Positions 29,077 to 38,803 of a DNA stretch of 64,000 nt are shown piece by piece. Origin of the DNA: an uncultured Omnitrophica bacterium. GTDB taxonomy: Bacteria; Omnitrophota; Gorgyraeia; JACQQV01. Made by a program: the position numbers and the translations under genes. The notes under the pieces are model-generated. The model worked only from the letters and a program-made list of their open reading frames with translations, was not told the DNA's origin and did not search any database. The DNA is taken from NCBI GenBank assembly GCA_947085655.1, contig CAMTXH010000006.1:6498-70497 (forward strand), read 5' to 3'. Within the stretch, counting starts at the first letter, position 1, and each line of letters begins with the position of its first letter.

Positions 29077-29751
29077 TATTTTTATCATACAATCTTTCGG
29101 ATAAAGATACAAGGGAATTAGTGTCCTTGGGTTTTCAAAGGCCTTCCGGACAAAACGCTCCCCACCGAGCCGTAGGAGAGTCGCCGGATCCGGGATCCCC
29201 TGCTCAGGCGGAGCAAAACGCGCTTCTTTCCCGAGACGCTTTTCGATCAAACTCCGATAAAGGAAGGCCCCATCCCCCAGAAAAAGGGTCCTTCCCTCAA
29301 GAGACCCGAGGAAAGTCTCCGGCGGCGTAACTTGCTCATTGATTTTCTTTTGGAGAAAGCCGTTTTCACGCTCATAGAGCGCTGCATAAACCTGGCTCCG
29401 CTTGGCGTCAATAAAGGGAACGATCCGGGTTTCTTCATCCGAAACCGCCTCCGCAAGACAATCAAGCGTCGGAACCCCGACAACCGGTTTTTGGAGACTC
29501 ACCGCCATCACCTTGACCATGGAGATCCCGACGCGAAGTCCGGTAAAAGAGCCGGGTCCGAGTCCGATGATGAAACAGTCGATTTCCCGGATAGGAAGTT
29601 TCAGCCGCTTCAGCACCTTTTCAAGAACCGGAAGAAGGTCGGCCGAGTGTTTCCTTTCAAGAAGGATCCGCTCTGCAAAAAGGGTTTTGCCCTCTTTTGA
29701 AATCCCGAGCGAAAAATAGGGAGTGGAGGTGTCAAAGGCAAGGAATTTCAT
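29074..29751 (-). CDS. tsaB: tRNA t6A biosynthesis protein TsaB
   Basis: LAFDTST, GPGSFTGLRVG, IDAKRSQVY, PLYL. Confidence 0.95.
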   Translation of the reverse strand: MKFLAFDTSTPYFSLGISKEGKTLFAERILLERKHSADLLPVLEKVLKRLKLPIREIDCFIIGLGPGSFTGLRVGISMVKVMAVSLQKPVVGVPTLDCLAEAVSDEETRIVPFIDAKRSQVYAALYERENGFLQKKINEQVTPPETFLGSLEGRTLFLGDGAFLYRSLIEKRLGKEARFAPPEQGIPDPATLLRLGGERFVRKAFENPRTLIPLYLYPKDCMIKI

Positions 29752-30224
29752 CAAAGGCCGAGCTCCCGAATCAGAATCTCGTATCGTTTCCCCTTCGGTT
29801 TAAACAAAAGACTCCGCTCATTTTCCCCCACATGTTGAAACTCGATTTGGAGATACTCCGGCGGAAGAAGAGACGTAAGCCGGTCCGCCCACTCCAAAAC
29901 AGAGACCCCTTTTCCGAAAAGGTACTCTTCGATCCCGATCTCCTGCTCAAGCCGGAGAAGATCCCCCTCTCCGGTCAGCCGGTGAGCGTCAAAGTGATAC
30001 AAAGGAAGCCGTCCCTCGTATTCCCGCATCAGGACAAAGGAGGGACTATTCACCGGATGGTTTTGAGAAACGTCAAGCCCTTCTGCAATCCCCTTTACAA
30101 AGGTTGTCTTTCCAGCCCCGAGGTCTCCGACAAGCCCGAGCACTTCCCCGCCCTTCAACGCTTCTCCGAGCCGCCTGCCGAGTTGGACTGTTTCTTTCGG
30201 CTCCTTCGATACAATTTTCTTCAA
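29751..30224 (-). CDS. tsaE: tRNA t6A biosynthesis ATPase TsaE
   Basis: GDLGAGKTTFVKG, VNSPSF, HFDAHRL, LEWA. Confidence 0.95.
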   Translation of the reverse strand: MKKIVSKEPKETVQLGRRLGEALKGGEVLGLVGDLGAGKTTFVKGIAEGLDVSQNHPVNSPSFVLMREYEGRLPLYHFDAHRLTGEGDLLRLEQEIGIEEYLFGKGVSVLEWADRLTSLLPPEYLQIEFQHVGENERSLLFKPKGKRYEILIRELGL

Positions 30225-31135
30225 AAGTGCTTAAATCCTCCCTTGAGTGGAACGATTTTCCCGCCGCTTTGGAGTAAAATCCCTTTCCTTTTCGGGAGAA
30301 TTTTCCCAATTTTGGTCACACGAAAACCGAGGCCTATTTGGGAAAGGCGTTTCGCCTCTTTCGGCGCTACGGTAAAAAGAAGTTCGAAATCCTCTCCGTG
30401 ATTCATCGCACTTTCAAAAGTGGCCCCTTTTGTGACCGGAACCGCCTCCTTTTTCACGAGTGCGCCAACTTTGCTTCCCCGGCAGATCTGTCCCAGGTCT
30501 CCGGCAAGGCCGTCCGAAAGATCAATCATAGAAGTGAGCCGGAACTTTTGCGTCAAAAGCCGGGCCTCCCTGACCCGCGGAATAAAAGTCAGGTGCCTTC
30601 CCTTTCGGGAGCCGCCGAGTGTGCCGGTTACAAAGACCGCGTCTCCCACTTTTGCGGTACTCCGGTAGACTGCTCTTCCCTTTTTGACAATCCCGGTCAT
30701 CGCCACGGAGACAAACAGTTTCTCCGAGCGGTCGATATCGCCGCCGACAATCACAACGCCAAATTTCCGGGAGATCGCTTTCATCCCCCGGCCCATTGCT
30801 TCATAAAAAGAAATAGGGAGATCCCTCCGGACCCCGAGCACCACAACCGCATACCGGGGAACTCCGCCCATCGCGGCGATATCGCTGATATTGACGGCGA
30901 TCGCTTTCCATCCGATTTCAAAGGGTGTCGCTTTTTTGGGGTAGAGAGGGGTCTTTTTCAGAGTGAAGTGATGGCCTTCAAGGATGGCATCGGTAGTAAA
31001 AAGGAGGCGGTGACTCCGCGTGAGCGGCAGAACCGCCGCATCATCGCCGCTTCCCCGGATGATCCCTTTTTGGGCTCCAAAAATCTTTTGGAACCTTTGA
31101 ATCAGTCCGAATTCCCCGATCTGACCGAGGTTCAC
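30221..31135 (-). CDS. thiL: Thiamine-monophosphate kinase
   Basis: GEFGLI, GDDAAV, NISDIAAMGG, IDLSDGL, GEDFELLF. Confidence 0.95.
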   Translation of the reverse strand: MNLGQIGEFGLIQRFQKIFGAQKGIIRGSGDDAAVLPLTRSHRLLFTTDAILEGHHFTLKKTPLYPKKATPFEIGWKAIAVNISDIAAMGGVPRYAVVVLGVRRDLPISFYEAMGRGMKAISRKFGVVIVGGDIDRSEKLFVSVAMTGIVKKGRAVYRSTAKVGDAVFVTGTLGGSRKGRHLTFIPRVREARLLTQKFRLTSMIDLSDGLAGDLGQICRGSKVGALVKKEAVPVTKGATFESAMNHGEDFELLFTVAPKEAKRLSQIGLGFRVTKIGKILPKRKGILLQSGGKIVPLKGGFKHF

Positions 31136-31809
31136 TTCCCGAAGTTCCCGGTGTATCGGCAGTACTCGCAGTCGCCCCCATCCTTCGGGATATCCCCGAG
31201 GAGAAGTTTGACCGCCTTCTCGAGGGTTAATTTGGCGCGGAGGGGGTCAGTCTCCATTTTAATCGGATCCACCTGAAAGCGAACTACTCCTTCCTTTTCC
31301 ACCTTTCCGGGCGAGTAAAAAATCAGGTATCCCAGCGAACAGGTCGGCCGCTGGTTCGATTCCAAAAGTAGGGTGTAGCAGTCGAGTTGGTTTTGATAGT
31401 ACCGCTCCGCATCCGCCTGATTCGGTGCCGAGCCCTTTGTCTTATAGTCGAGCGGGATGTAATATTCGCCTTTCACCAGACACTCGTCCAGCGCCCCGGA
31501 AAGCGCCACGCCGAGTCGGTCATCCTGATAAGAAAGACCCTCCCGCCAATTCCGCCACCTGTTCAGGGTCGCCACATCGTCAAAAAGGCGGCCCTCCACC
31601 TTGCCTGCCAGTTCCGGAGGAAGTTTTTTTGTCTTCCGGTATCCGTCGAAATATTCCTTGATGACCCGGTCCATTCCGCCCGGTAAAGAGGGAAAAATCC
31701 CCCGCGGCCTTTGAATGTTTTTATTGAAATGGAGCCAGAAACAGCGGGGGCAGTTCAAAAGAAGATTCAATGTGGTCGGGGAAAAACTGAGTGCGGTTTT
31801 GTTTTTCAC
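31132..31809 (-). CDS. PD-(D/E)XK nuclease, Cas4/AddB-like with putative Fe-S cysteines
   Basis: SPT...CPRCF, GALD...LDYKT, QLDCY, C-terminal CEYC. Confidence 0.85.
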   Translation of the reverse strand: MKNKTALSFSPTTLNLLLNCPRCFWLHFNKNIQRPRGIFPSLPGGMDRVIKEYFDGYRKTKKLPPELAGKVEGRLFDDVATLNRWRNWREGLSYQDDRLGVALSGALDECLVKGEYYIPLDYKTKGSAPNQADAERYYQNQLDCYTLLLESNQRPTCSLGYLIFYSPGKVEKEGVVRFQVDPIKMETDPLRAKLTLEKAVKLLLGDIPKDGGDCEYCRYTGNFGK

Positions 31810-32591
31810 GTCGCCTTTTTCGGCTTCGGGAATTTACCGTTCAGCGCATCCGCGGCAATCGAAAGGACCTCCGGAGGAAAATTCTGGTCGAGCATCCACT
31901 GGAGATACCCCGGATTCTCCTTGGCCACCTCCCGGAGGGACTTTCCGTAGATCCCCTTTTTCCCGAAGTTAAAATAGACCTCTCCGTTCCACCAGCGGAA
32001 ACGCTGTGTCCGGTCCACATAAACCGTTTCCCGCTGAGTCGCCTCATCCAAAAGTTCCACCTCGCGGGGAAGATCCGGATACGCTTCGAGCTCCGCTTTA
32101 AATACCTCGAGAGAGGCCCGTGCATCCGCCAGCGCCGAATGGGCATTTTCAAGCGGTTTTTGAAGGTAACGTCGGCAGGCGGCATCCAGATCGCGGGGCT
32201 CCTTCAACATAAAAACTTTTTTGGCGTCGATGAGGAAACAGCGCTCAAAATTGAACAAGACCCCTGCCAGCTCAAATTCCTTTTTCAAAAGCGGTACATC
32301 CAGCCGGTCCAGTCCGAATCCGCCCAAATCCGACCCCTCAAAGCATTCGATGACCTTCTTGGCAATCTCCCTGAAAGGGGGAGCGTTCTTCACATCCCCA
32401 TCGGTAATCCGGTGAATCGCGGTTGCCTCGGGCGGGATTTTCATCTCGGGGTTGATACGGGTGTGGAACAGCTCCTCCCTTCCGTCGGGAAAGAGTTTAA
32501 TGAGTGCGATTTCCACGATTCGGTCTTTCTCCGGCCAGACCCCCGTTGCTTCAAGGTCCAGAAAAACGATCGGCCGCTTCAGTTTGAACAT
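31806..32591 (-). CDS. DEDDh 3'-5' exonuclease (DnaQ-like) with C-terminal FGK domain
   Basis: DLEATG (ExoI), RLD (ExoII), HSALAD (ExoIII), FNFGK...GKSL...PGYLQWM. Confidence 0.9.
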   Translation of the reverse strand: MFKLKRPIVFLDLEATGVWPEKDRIVEIALIKLFPDGREELFHTRINPEMKIPPEATAIHRITDGDVKNAPPFREIAKKVIECFEGSDLGGFGLDRLDVPLLKKEFELAGVLFNFERCFLIDAKKVFMLKEPRDLDAACRRYLQKPLENAHSALADARASLEVFKAELEAYPDLPREVELLDEATQRETVYVDRTQRFRWWNGEVYFNFGKKGIYGKSLREVAKENPGYLQWMLDQNFPPEVLSIAADALNGKFPKPKKAT

Positions 32592-32592
32592 C

Positions 32593-33651
32593 CTACCCCC
32601 CCACGCCGAAGAGTTGGGAGAGGTGGATGGAAAAATAAAAGACCGCCATCACCAGCGCATTGTGGACAATATGAATCGTCATGGAGGTTACGAGCGATCC
32701 GGTGAGTTCATACCCGTAAGCGAGTGCACAACCCAAAAGGATAATCGGGAGAAACCCCACGAGATTGGCATGCAACACCGCAAAGAAAAACCCGCTTGAA
32801 AGAATCGCCCGTCCCCTTCCCCACCGGACCTTCAGCGCATTGTACAGAAATCCCCGGAAGAAAATTTCCTCCACAATCGGCCCCAGAATCACCACCAGGA
32901 TCAAGGCGAGCGCAAGAATTTCCCTGGAACTCTCCTCCAAAAAGAGATGCTGGAGGGGCTGCTTCGGCGGCGAAAATCGGAAAAGTTCCGCAAGCCAGAG
33001 TGAAAGAAAAAAAGCCAAAAGGAGAACCGGGAGGAGTGAAAAGTAGCCCCGTAAGCCAAAAAGGACGTTTTGGGGAAAGGCGTTGGTTGAAAGGCCGAGG
33101 GATGAGACCCCCTGTCCCTTCTGGGCCGTGACAACCCGGAGGATGAGATAAACGGCCAAAAGGTCCAAAAGGAGCGTCCCGCCGATCAGATGCACCCCCT
33201 CCGTCCCTTTACCGCCGGAGAAATGGAAAAAGAAGGCCTGAATCAGTTCGATGACGTAACTGGCAAAGATGATGAGAACCACGACATGAAAGACATCCCG
33301 CAATGACCAGCGGATCTCTTGCTCGGGAGAGCGCCACGGAATGACGAATCGTCCCTGTCGCTTGAGCATGACAAATTGAAGTCCCAGGATAAATCCTGCC
33401 ACCATCAAAAAGAGAAAGGCAAGCGTTCCGATCCCAAAGAGAAACTGGATGAGCGGATCCTTCCGGAAGGTTTCCATCAGTTTCGCTTCTTCGAAAATCT
33501 CCTCCCCGGGAACCGATTCAGGGCCAGGCAGGGGAAGGGCGAAAGAGCCCACCAAGACGACCATGCTGTGAAAGAGGATCAAAAAAACCAGGATCCAGAC
33601 GTATTTCCGCTCCTCGTGAATCCATTGTCTGATTCCTTCAAGTCTTCTCAT
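32593..33651 (-). CDS. CPBP (CAAX/Abi family) intramembrane metalloprotease
   Basis: PIVEEIFFRG, FAVLH, HIVHN; multiple TM segments. Confidence 0.92.
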   Translation of the reverse strand: MRRLEGIRQWIHEERKYVWILVFLILFHSMVVLVGSFALPLPGPESVPGEEIFEEAKLMETFRKDPLIQFLFGIGTLAFLFLMVAGFILGLQFVMLKRQGRFVIPWRSPEQEIRWSLRDVFHVVVLIIFASYVIELIQAFFFHFSGGKGTEGVHLIGGTLLLDLLAVYLILRVVTAQKGQGVSSLGLSTNAFPQNVLFGLRGYFSLLPVLLLAFFLSLWLAELFRFSPPKQPLQHLFLEESSREILALALILVVILGPIVEEIFFRGFLYNALKVRWGRGRAILSSGFFFAVLHANLVGFLPIILLGCALAYGYELTGSLVTSMTIHIVHNALVMAVFYFSIHLSQLFGVGG

Positions 33652-35027
33652 CCCACCACGTCCAGTTTTCGAAACCGCGCCTCGACCCCCAATTCACCCG
33701 CAAGCTTCTGGCAGGCGGCTACATCAATTTCCGGAACCTCCACGAACGTCACGGCCACTTTCGGGATCATTTTTTTGCACTCCAGGATAAACGCTTTGAC
33801 TTTTTCAAATGTCCCGACCCCGAAATGCGGACGGACGATCGCGTTATATTTTTCCTCATTTTCCGCGTTGAGACTCACGGAGATTTCGTCAATGAGACCC
33901 GACAACTCCGGTACAATGGACCGTTTATGAATCAGGTTGCCGTGGCCATTCGTGTTCAACCGGGTCCGGATGCCGCCGCGCGCTTTAAGGGCCTTGGCCA
34001 CCTCCACCACAAAATCAATCCGGAGGGTCGGCTCCCCGTAGCCGCAAAAGACCACCTCTTCGTACTGATCCGCCCCCGCAAGCGCCGAGAGGACCTCCTG
34101 AGCGGATGGGGCCCGCTTCATTTTGAGCCGGTATCCCTTCAGATACAACTCCGAATCCGGTTCGCTCAATTCACAAAAGGTGCACCGGGCACTGCAGGCG
34201 TTGGTCACATTCACATAAAGGGCGTTATCGATCGGATAAACCAGCTGCTCCTCACCCGGCCGGCCCATCGGAAAAAGGGAAAAGGCATTTTCAGAGGTCC
34301 GATGTCCGATTTCCTCCGCCGAAACTGCTTTCAATCTGGCAATCGCTTCTGCGGTCTCTTTCAGATAAGCGGGTTCATTCCTTTTTCCCCGGACCGACTG
34401 AGGGGAAAGATACGGGGCATCCGTCTCAATCAGCATTCGATCCAAGGGACAGGCCTTCACCGCCTCTCGGAGTCCTTCCGATTTGGGATAGGTGATATTT
34501 CCGGAAAAGGAGATGTGGAGTCCAAGTGCAAGGAGTGTTTCCAGGTTCGCAGCAGTTCCTGAAAAACAATGATTCACGCCCCGGATCGGCAAAGAGACAT
34601 GCGCTTTCAAGATTGAGACAAGGTCCGGATAGGCGTCCCGGATATGGAGGAGGATCGGGTGGCGGAATTCATCCGCCAGCTCCAGCATCCGGATGAAACA
34701 TTTTTTCTGATCCTCCTCCGGCGAAAGGTTCCGGTAATAATCAAGGCCGATCTCGCCGATGGCAACCACCTTGGTCGATTGGGTCACTTCTCTCAATTCC
34801 TCGAAGATCGATTCATTAAAATGCTTTGCTTCATGGGGATGGTACCCGACGGTCGAATAGATAAAAGGGAATTTCTGGGCAAGGCCGTTTGCCCCGCGGC
34901 TTGTCCCGACGTCGGTTCCCACACACAAAAGGGCCGAGACACCCCCCTCCGCCGCCCGCCGGATCACCGATTCGCGGTCCGGATCAAAATCCTGAAACTG
35001 CAAATGGCAATGCGTATCCACAAACAT
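33648..35027 (-). CDS. tatD: TatD-family nuclease fused to a radical SAM domain
   Basis: DTHCH, GEIGLDY, HCFSG, ETDAPYL, then YVNVTNACSARCTFC (CX3CX2C), FCGYGEP, NTNG. Confidence 0.92.
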   Translation of the reverse strand: MFVDTHCHLQFQDFDPDRESVIRRAAEGGVSALLCVGTDVGTSRGANGLAQKFPFIYSTVGYHPHEAKHFNESIFEELREVTQSTKVVAIGEIGLDYYRNLSPEEDQKKCFIRMLELADEFRHPILLHIRDAYPDLVSILKAHVSLPIRGVNHCFSGTAANLETLLALGLHISFSGNITYPKSEGLREAVKACPLDRMLIETDAPYLSPQSVRGKRNEPAYLKETAEAIARLKAVSAEEIGHRTSENAFSLFPMGRPGEEQLVYPIDNALYVNVTNACSARCTFCELSEPDSELYLKGYRLKMKRAPSAQEVLSALAGADQYEEVVFCGYGEPTLRIDFVVEVAKALKARGGIRTRLNTNGHGNLIHKRSIVPELSGLIDEISVSLNAENEEKYNAIVRPHFGVGTFEKVKAFILECKKMIPKVAVTFVEVPEIDVAACQKLAGELGVEARFRKLDVVG

Positions 35028-35039
35028 AGATTAGTAAAG

Positions 35040-35159
35040 AGTAGACGCTTTACGAAACCACTTTAACGACTTAATGTTACAAATAAATTCAATCATCCAA
35101 TCCATTTATTATTTATTTGTATCTTATTTAAATTTAGTATGTTATGTAAAGCGTCTACT
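35040..35159. mobile_element. MITE-like element, 120 bp, 14-bp perfect terminal inverted repeats
   Basis: agtagacgctttac (35040-35053) and gtaaagcgtctact (35146-35159); very AT-rich interior; no transposase. Confidence 0.6.
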
Positions 35160-36318
35160 ATTTATTTTTACCCACGATCTGACGGAGCCGTTTGACCACT
35201 TTCGCCGTGAGAACCACACCGGCGTCGATCTCCGCTTCCGTGTTCTCGTAGCCAAAGGAAAATCTGACCGTCCCTCGCGCCACCTCCTGAGGAACCCCCA
35301 TCGCCACCAGCACATGCGAGGGCTCAAGGCTGCCCGCCGTGCAGGCCGATCCGGTCGAGATGCAGACCCCCTCCAGATCCAAATTGATGGCCAAGGATTC
35401 CCCTTCAACCCCCTTGAACCCCAAATTCACGGTCCCTGGAATCCGGTCGGTCGGGTGACCGTTCAAGACCGCATCCTCCACCTGCCTTAAAATCCCCTCG
35501 TAAAACCGTTCCTGAAGGGATTGAAGATGCTTCCCCCGCTTTTCCATCTGGCTTTTGGCAAGGGAGATCGCTTTGCCCAGTCCCACAATCCCTGCCACAT
35601 TCTCAGTCCCGGCCCGCATCCGCCTCTCATGATGCCCGCCGTGCTGGTGGGGCAGAATCCGGACATCCTTTCGGATGTAAAGAAATCCAACCCCCTTCGG
35701 TCCGTAAAATTTGTGCGCCGAGACGGAAAGAAGGTCCACACCCAATCCATCCACCGTGAACGGAATCTTGGCAAAACTTTGAACCGCGTCGGTGTGAAAG
35801 GGAATCCCCCGCTCTCTGGCAAGGGTTGCCAGTTCCCGAATAGGTTGAACCGTTCCGACTTCGTTATTGGCGTGCATGATGGAGACGAGAATCGTCCGGT
35901 CGGTGATGGCCGCTTTCAAATCTTCCGGCGAGATCTTCCCGGTCCGGTCCACCGGCAGGAGGGTGACCTCAAACCCCTGGCTCTCGAGAAACCGGCAGGT
36001 ATCGAGGACGCAGGGGTGCTCGATCCGGCTTGAAATCAGATGGTTTCCGAACTCGCGGTTTCTAAAACTGATTCCTTTGAGGGCAAAATTGTTTGACTCG
36101 GTGCCGCCGGAGGTAAAATAGACGGTGTTCGGTTTGACTCCGAGAAAATCGGCAACAACCTCCCGGGCATGCTCCACCGCCTCCCGTGCCTGTCTCCCCT
36201 TCCCGTAGATGCTGGAGGCATTCCCGTATTCGTCCTTCAGGTACGGCAGCATCGCCTCCAGCACCTCCGGATGGAGGGGGGAGGTTGCGTTATGGTCAAA
36301 GTAATGGATTTTCTTCAT
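35158..36318 (-). CDS. iscS: Cysteine desulfurase (NifS/IscS group I)
   Basis: DHNATS, TSGGTES, HTDAVQ, SAHKFYGPKG, STGSAC. Confidence 0.93.
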   Translation of the reverse strand: MKKIHYFDHNATSPLHPEVLEAMLPYLKDEYGNASSIYGKGRQAREAVEHAREVVADFLGVKPNTVYFTSGGTESNNFALKGISFRNREFGNHLISSRIEHPCVLDTCRFLESQGFEVTLLPVDRTGKISPEDLKAAITDRTILVSIMHANNEVGTVQPIRELATLARERGIPFHTDAVQSFAKIPFTVDGLGVDLLSVSAHKFYGPKGVGFLYIRKDVRILPHQHGGHHERRMRAGTENVAGIVGLGKAISLAKSQMEKRGKHLQSLQERFYEGILRQVEDAVLNGHPTDRIPGTVNLGFKGVEGESLAINLDLEGVCISTGSACTAGSLEPSHVLVAMGVPQEVARGTVRFSFGYENTEAEIDAGVVLTAKVVKRLRQIVGKNK

Positions 36319-37829
36319 GCTTCAATTTTTTGATAGAGGACTTCCCCTTTTTGAATTGTACCACCGACCGGAAGAAGCGGTTCCTCCAACGCCTGAAAGG
36401 TCGCTTGAGCGAGTTGTTTCCGGATGCCGAGCTGCTCCCAAATCCTTTCCGCCGTCTCCGGGATGAAGGGGTAAATCGAAAGGGAGACTTTTTTCAAGAC
36501 CTCCAAAAGGGTCCGAAGGACCGACCCGAGCCGTTTTTCGTCCCTTTCCTTCGCAAGCTTCCAGGGGGCCTCCTCCTCGATGAACCGGTTGGCGTTCCGG
36601 ACCCGCTCCCAGATTAAAAGAAGTGCACCGTCAAACTGGAGGCGGCTCATTTTTTCATCGATTTCTTGCAAGGGAAATTTTCTCCCCGGCTCCAGAATCT
36701 CCCCTTCCGGTATTTTTCCCTCGAAATACTTCTCGACCATTGTCAATGTCCGGTAAACGAGATTTCCGAGGTCGTTGGCCAATTCGTTATTGAGACGGGT
36801 GATGAGCGCTTCCTCGCTGAAAACACCGTCCAGTCCGAACGGGACCTCCCGCAGCAAAAAATAGCGGTAGGAATCGACGCCGTATTTTTCGATCATCTCA
36901 ACCGGGTCCACAACATTCTTTTTTGACTTCGACATCTTCTCCCCGCCGACTTTCCACCAGCCGTGGGCAAAAATCGTCCGCGGCGGCCGGATTCCGAGCG
37001 CATGGAGCGTAATCGGCCAATAAACGGCATGGTGTCGGAGAATGTCTTTGCCCACAAGGTGGACCGCCCCCGCCTCCTCCCAGAAAGGAGTGAACCGTTC
37101 CCCGTCCGGCCAGCCGAGGGCGCTGATGTAATTCAACAAAGCATCGAACCAGACATAGGTCACATGCTTCGAACTGAAAGGAACCGGAATGCCCCACGGC
37201 ACCCGCTCCCTGGGCCGCGTGATACAAAGGTCCGGAAGTTCGTTCTCCAAGAGGGCGAGGATTTCGTTCCGGCGGACAGAAGGGAGAATGAATTCCTCGT
37301 GGGAGAGAATGTACCTTTTGAGCCACTCCCGGTGCCGCTCAAGCGGGAGATAAAAATCCTCTTCCTCAATTTTCGTAACGGGGCGGGCGCAATTCGGACA
37401 AACCGGACTGACACCCTCCAGCTCGTCGATCCCGTAATGGGTTTCGCAGGGGACGCAATACCAGGACCTAAATGTCCCCTCCGCCAATTGCGGCCGCAAC
37501 TTCTCAAGAAACCGCTGGACAATTTTTTTGTGCGCTTCATCCGTCGTCCGGATGAAAAAATCGTAGGAAATGTTCAACCCCTCCCAAAGGGATTTGAAGC
37601 GGCTAGAATTCTCATCCACAAAGGCCTTTGGAGAGTCGAATCCTTTCGCCTTTGCGGCTTGAGTGATCTTTTCGCCGTGCTCATCGGTTCCGGTCAGGAA
37701 GAAGACCTCCTCCCCTTTCAGCCTGTGATACCGGGCCAGACAGTCGGTTGCGATCTCCGTATAGGAATGTCCGATATGCGGCTCGGCGTTCACATAATAA
37801 AGAGGGGTGGTGACGTAATACCGCTTCAT
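36315..37829 (-). CDS. metG: Methionyl-tRNA synthetase (short form)
   Basis: TTPLYY, HIGH, GTDEHG, YVWFDAL, KMSKS. Confidence 0.96.
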   Translation of the reverse strand: MKRYYVTTPLYYVNAEPHIGHSYTEIATDCLARYHRLKGEEVFFLTGTDEHGEKITQAAKAKGFDSPKAFVDENSSRFKSLWEGLNISYDFFIRTTDEAHKKIVQRFLEKLRPQLAEGTFRSWYCVPCETHYGIDELEGVSPVCPNCARPVTKIEEEDFYLPLERHREWLKRYILSHEEFILPSVRRNEILALLENELPDLCITRPRERVPWGIPVPFSSKHVTYVWFDALLNYISALGWPDGERFTPFWEEAGAVHLVGKDILRHHAVYWPITLHALGIRPPRTIFAHGWWKVGGEKMSKSKKNVVDPVEMIEKYGVDSYRYFLLREVPFGLDGVFSEEALITRLNNELANDLGNLVYRTLTMVEKYFEGKIPEGEILEPGRKFPLQEIDEKMSRLQFDGALLLIWERVRNANRFIEEEAPWKLAKERDEKRLGSVLRTLLEVLKKVSLSIYPFIPETAERIWEQLGIRKQLAQATFQALEEPLLPVGGTIQKGEVLYQKIEA

Positions 37830-38803
37830 GGAAGAGACGCCTGAAGAGACCGGATTCTTCGCGAAAGAAGATGAAAAAGGAGTTTCGGATTCACATGATC
37901 CTCCAGCATCTCCCGCGCCTCAAGAAGCGCTTCAAGGGCTTTCTCCAGGCGCTCCTTGGTCCAGTGCGACGCTTCTTTCTCCAGGTCGGAGAGCTGATCC
38001 CCGTGAAAAAGGAGCGACCGGGCACCCATCTCCTTGAAGACCCAAAGGTCCCGATACCAACTGGTCAAAAGATCGAGTGTTTCGAAGAGCTCCTCTTTGT
38101 TCTTGAAGGCCTCCCGTTCCTCATCGATATGGAAGGCCCGTTCCAGAAAATGCTTCAAGGTCTCCTGTTTTTGCTTTAAAAAATCTTCTTTCATGGAAAG
38201 GGCTTTGCCGAGACTTCCGTGGCAGAGTCTAGAAAGAGTCAGGCAGTTCTCCGCCGAAAGATCCAGCGCCGTTTTCAGATATTTCTGAATGACCGCATCC
38301 GGGATCGGTCCGAACCGGATGATTTTACACCGGGAAAGAACCGTCGGAAGAACTCCCTCGCTCCTGACCGCCGTCAGAATCACAAGGCTCCCCGGCGGGG
38401 TCTCCTCCAGCATCTTGAGAAAAGCGTTCTGCGCCTCTTCCGTAGCTCGTTCCGCCTCAACCAGAACCGCAATCCGCCGCCTCCCTTCCCAGGGTCGGAA
38501 GCCGATTTCCCGTTTTAACTCCCGGATCGTCTCAATCGAATGTTGGGTCTCCCCTTTGGGGAGGATCCATAAGATATCCGGATGGATCCCATTTTCAATC
38601 TTCCGGCAGGAAAGACATTGGTCGCAACTGTCTCCTTTCCCGGTATCGCAATTGACTGCCTTGGCGATCTCTTTAGCCGCAAGCCTCTTTCCGACCCCTT
38701 CTGGTCCGAGGAATAGATAAGTCCCTGAAAGACCGTTTTGGGCGACCGCCTTCTTCAGCGTCTCCACGGCAAAGGCCTGCCCCACAATATCACGGAAGGA
38801 CAC
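37826..38803 (-). CDS. holB: DNA polymerase III delta-prime subunit
   Basis: GPEGVGK, Zn cysteines, HPD, NAFLKMLEE, TVLSRC; tmk-holB-metG synteny. Confidence 0.93.
   Translation of the reverse strand: MSFRDIVGQAFAVETLKKAVAQNGLSGTYLFLGPEGVGKRLAAKEIAKAVNCDTGKGDSCDQCLSCRKIENGIHPDILWILPKGETQHSIETIRELKREIGFRPWEGRRRIAVLVEAERATEEAQNAFLKMLEETPPGSLVILTAVRSEGVLPTVLSRCKIIRFGPIPDAVIQKYLKTALDLSAENCLTLSRLCHGSLGKALSMKEDFLKQKQETLKHFLERAFHIDEEREAFKNKEELFETLDLLTSWYRDLWVFKEMGARSLLFHGDQLSDLEKEASHWTKERLEKALEALLEAREMLEDHVNPKLLFHLLSRRIRSLQASLP

Noticed and set aside
31132-32591. CRISPR adaptation module (Cas4 plus DnaQ)
   Set aside because: No cas1/cas2 and no repeat-spacer array in the window.
35074-35490. 138-aa plus-strand ORF starting in the AT-rich element
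   Set aside because: Mostly antisense to iscS; its hydrophobic start is a by-product of AT-rich DNA.
35158-36318. iscS as DndA of a DNA phosphorothioation system
   Set aside because: No dndBCDE or ssp genes in the window.
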